From positions 174,654,098-174,679,877 of the forward strand of contig JANKJI020000004.1 of the NCBI GenBank assembly GCA_024626585.2: a DNA stretch of 25,780 nt, in the 5' to 3' direction. The position numbers were made by a program, and so were the translations under genes. How positions within the stretch are numbered: position 1 is the first letter of the stretch; every line of letters begins with the position of its first letter. Below the pieces are notes generated by a model that searched no databases, had not been told where the DNA came from, and saw nothing but the letters and a program-made list of their open reading frames with translations. Positions 23,582-25,780 of this stretch are shown here, one piece after another. The DNA comes from Ginkgo biloba (taxonomy: Eukaryota; Plantae; Ginkgophyta).

Positions 23582-25060
23582 GAATGGTATGAAGTGGGCA
23601 TATTTGGTGAGTTGATCAACTACTACAAAAATTACATCCTTCCCATCAAACTTGGGTAAACTTGTAATCAAGTCCATAGATATCTCCTCCCACTTTTAAT
23701 TTGGTAATGAAAATGGTTGGAGTAGTACTAATGAGCCCGCATTTTCTACCTCTAGCAAGTATATTGCATTCTATGATACCATTTAATGTGTCATTCTTCA
23801 TTCCTTGCTAGTAGAATGACTTCTTAATGGTCTTATAAGTTTTATGTATTCCAACATACCTTAGTATTGGTGTTGCATGGCATTTCTACAATGTCTTGGT
23901 ACGAGTTACAAGCTATGTAAATGCGTTCTTTGTAATAGAGCATATTGTTCTTGTAGCTCCATTTTGTATCTTGGAGTTTCTGTTGAATGCCACTAATGAG
24001 TTCCAACATTTTCGAATGTTGTTAGTAACTATCTTCTACTTATTTGATCCAAGAAGGTTCAATAATTGCTCGTCATTAAGGCAACTTCCTCATATTATAA
24101 TGATATTGCATCTATGAGTACATTTTCCTTCCCCCTTTGTTTTAAAATATCTCAAAATCAAAGGTGTGGAGTTTATCAATCCATTTACGCTACTCATCTA
24201 TGAGAGATGTTTGTAGAAGTAAACACATGAGGTGGTTGTGCTCTATCTTCACTATCAACTTGTTACCAAGCAAGTATTGTCTCCATTTTGCTAGCATGCA
24301 TATGATTGAGGGCATTTCCTTGTTATGAGTGGGCAATCTTTTTTCTCTATTGTCCATCTTCCAACTTTCAAAATCTATTGGATGATCATCCTACAAGAGA
24401 ACAACTTCAATTCCTATGCCAAATGCATCACATTCTAGAACAAATGGCTTGGAGAAAATGGCATTGTTAGTGCCAATGTCATTGTCAATGCCTTTTTTAG
24501 ACTTACAAGGCATTTTTTGCTTGCTCATTCCAAGAGTATGCTTCCTTATTTAGAGGTTAGTGGTGTTTCCATTGTAGAATAATTATTTACTAAAGGATGA
24601 TAGAATCCAATTAGCCCCATTAATCCCCTTAGTTGGGGTTAGACTTTGGTTTAGGCCATTCAACAATTGTTTCATCTTTAAATCTGCCCATTGTAACTCC
24701 TTTCGTCATTATGATATGCCCTAAATATTCGACTTCCTGCTTGCCAAATGAACATTTGGATTATTTGGCATGAAATTATTGTCTTCAAGAATTGTCAAGA
24801 CTATGTCAATGTTCTTCAGATGGTCGTTCCATGTCAAGTTGTATAGAAGGATATCATAAAAAAAACTAAGATGAACTTTCTCAATACTAACATCAATACT
24901 TTATTCATGGTTATCTACAACACTGTCGGTGCATTAGATAAGCTAAATGGCATGACCTAAAATTCATAGTTCCTTGTGTGTATGAAATATCGCTTGGTGC
25001 CTATCTTCCATTCTATTTGGTATGTGACAATACCTTGATCAAAGAAGTAGTTTTCATAAC
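23582..25060 (-). mobile_element. Degenerate Ty3/gypsy pol remnant: RT, RNase H and integrase N-terminal half
   Basis: Minus strand. RT: GNYEF*VMPFSLSNAP; RKFILVFF.DILLY..TWNDHL; SKCSFGKQEVEYLGHI. RNase H: FSKPFVLECDAFGIGI; KWRQYLLG; KWIDKLHTFDFEI. Integrase: CHATPI..VGIHKTY; [52 protein letters not shown] order is gypsy. Truncated near 23582. Confidence 0.93.
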
Positions 25061-25572
25061 TACTTCATTCGTTAATCCAAGACATCATTGATGAGTGCTA
25101 AATAGGCACTCATATGAAGTGCAAAATATCATACATTCTCTTGAAAATCCTACTAGGAGTAGTGGGAAAGCTAATATTGGGAGCAATCAACACAAGTTTA
25201 GCTCAATATGAAAAAGTACCTCTTTTACCTTCTTTACTTCTATTTCTTTGTCAAAATATTCAAAGATGTTTTATTTACCAATATAAATGTTGAAATATAG
25301 ACAATAAACCTAAAATATTGATGTACAATTACTTGGTCTCAATTCAGTCAAGGACCGAGAGGACTAGACAACAAGTCATAGCTATTTGGTACCCGTTCCA
25401 ACCCAAGAACAAGTGAAAAAATACAACCAAAGTTAATTACAAATGAATCAAGAAAGGAATGGTTGCAAAGTGGTTGCTAACTGTTGTCCTTCCCTCCTAT
25501 TTATGTAGCCTCTTTTTGGAAAGAAATTGTCTTTGTCTTACATTAAATGTGCTTTATAGGGTTAATTCTTTG

Positions 25573-25745
25573 CCTATCAGATCTGTGTATGTTAATAATG
25601 ATTAAGAATTATATGCAAGGATAGGCTGCATAGCCATCCCAACCTTACTAGGTTTATAATTGCCTTCTTTCCCTATCAAATCTATGTATGTTAATTCTAA
25701 TTGAGAATCGGATGCAAGGATAGGTAGTATAGCCATCCCAACCTG
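25573..25745. repeat. About 99-bp period diverged direct repeat, 2 copies
   Basis: cctatca[g/a]atct[g/a]tgtatgttaat...atgcaaggatagg....atagccatcccaacct at 25573 and 25672. Confidence 0.85.
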
Positions 25746-25780
25746 ATTATTTTCCTCATGCTCCTTTGATAGGTTTCGAG

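Noticed and set aside
2090-23700. Idea that the minus-strand gypsy pieces at 23582-25060 and 1184-2175 are one element split by about 21 kb of insertions
   Set aside because: Both contain the [14 protein letters not shown] segment with different sequences, so they overlap and are separate copies. A host gene end also lies between them.

Overview
AT-rich eukaryotic (land-plant) draft scaffold with many N-gaps. Most long 'ORFs' in the supplied track are gap artefacts. The only intact protein-coding signal is on the minus strand and is missed by the ORF track: the last two coding exons (19305-19399 and 19094-19187) of a Raf-like MAPKKK whose motifs best fit the B2 subgroup. The exon expected before them is not visible, so 19400-25780 is probably a long TE-filled intron, or that exon lies in a gap. 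The rest is decayed transposon sequence. It includes three Ty3/gypsy pol remnants (one with a chromodomain, two with PPT/LTR junctions), a Ty1/copia RT fragment, a possible hAT (DUF659-like) transposase relic, a dispersed LTR-like copy and several tandem repeats. The overall pattern suggests a large-genome plant such as a gymnosperm (inference only). I see no convincing novel biological system. The most useful leads are the hidden kinase 3' end and its possible alternative terminal splicing.
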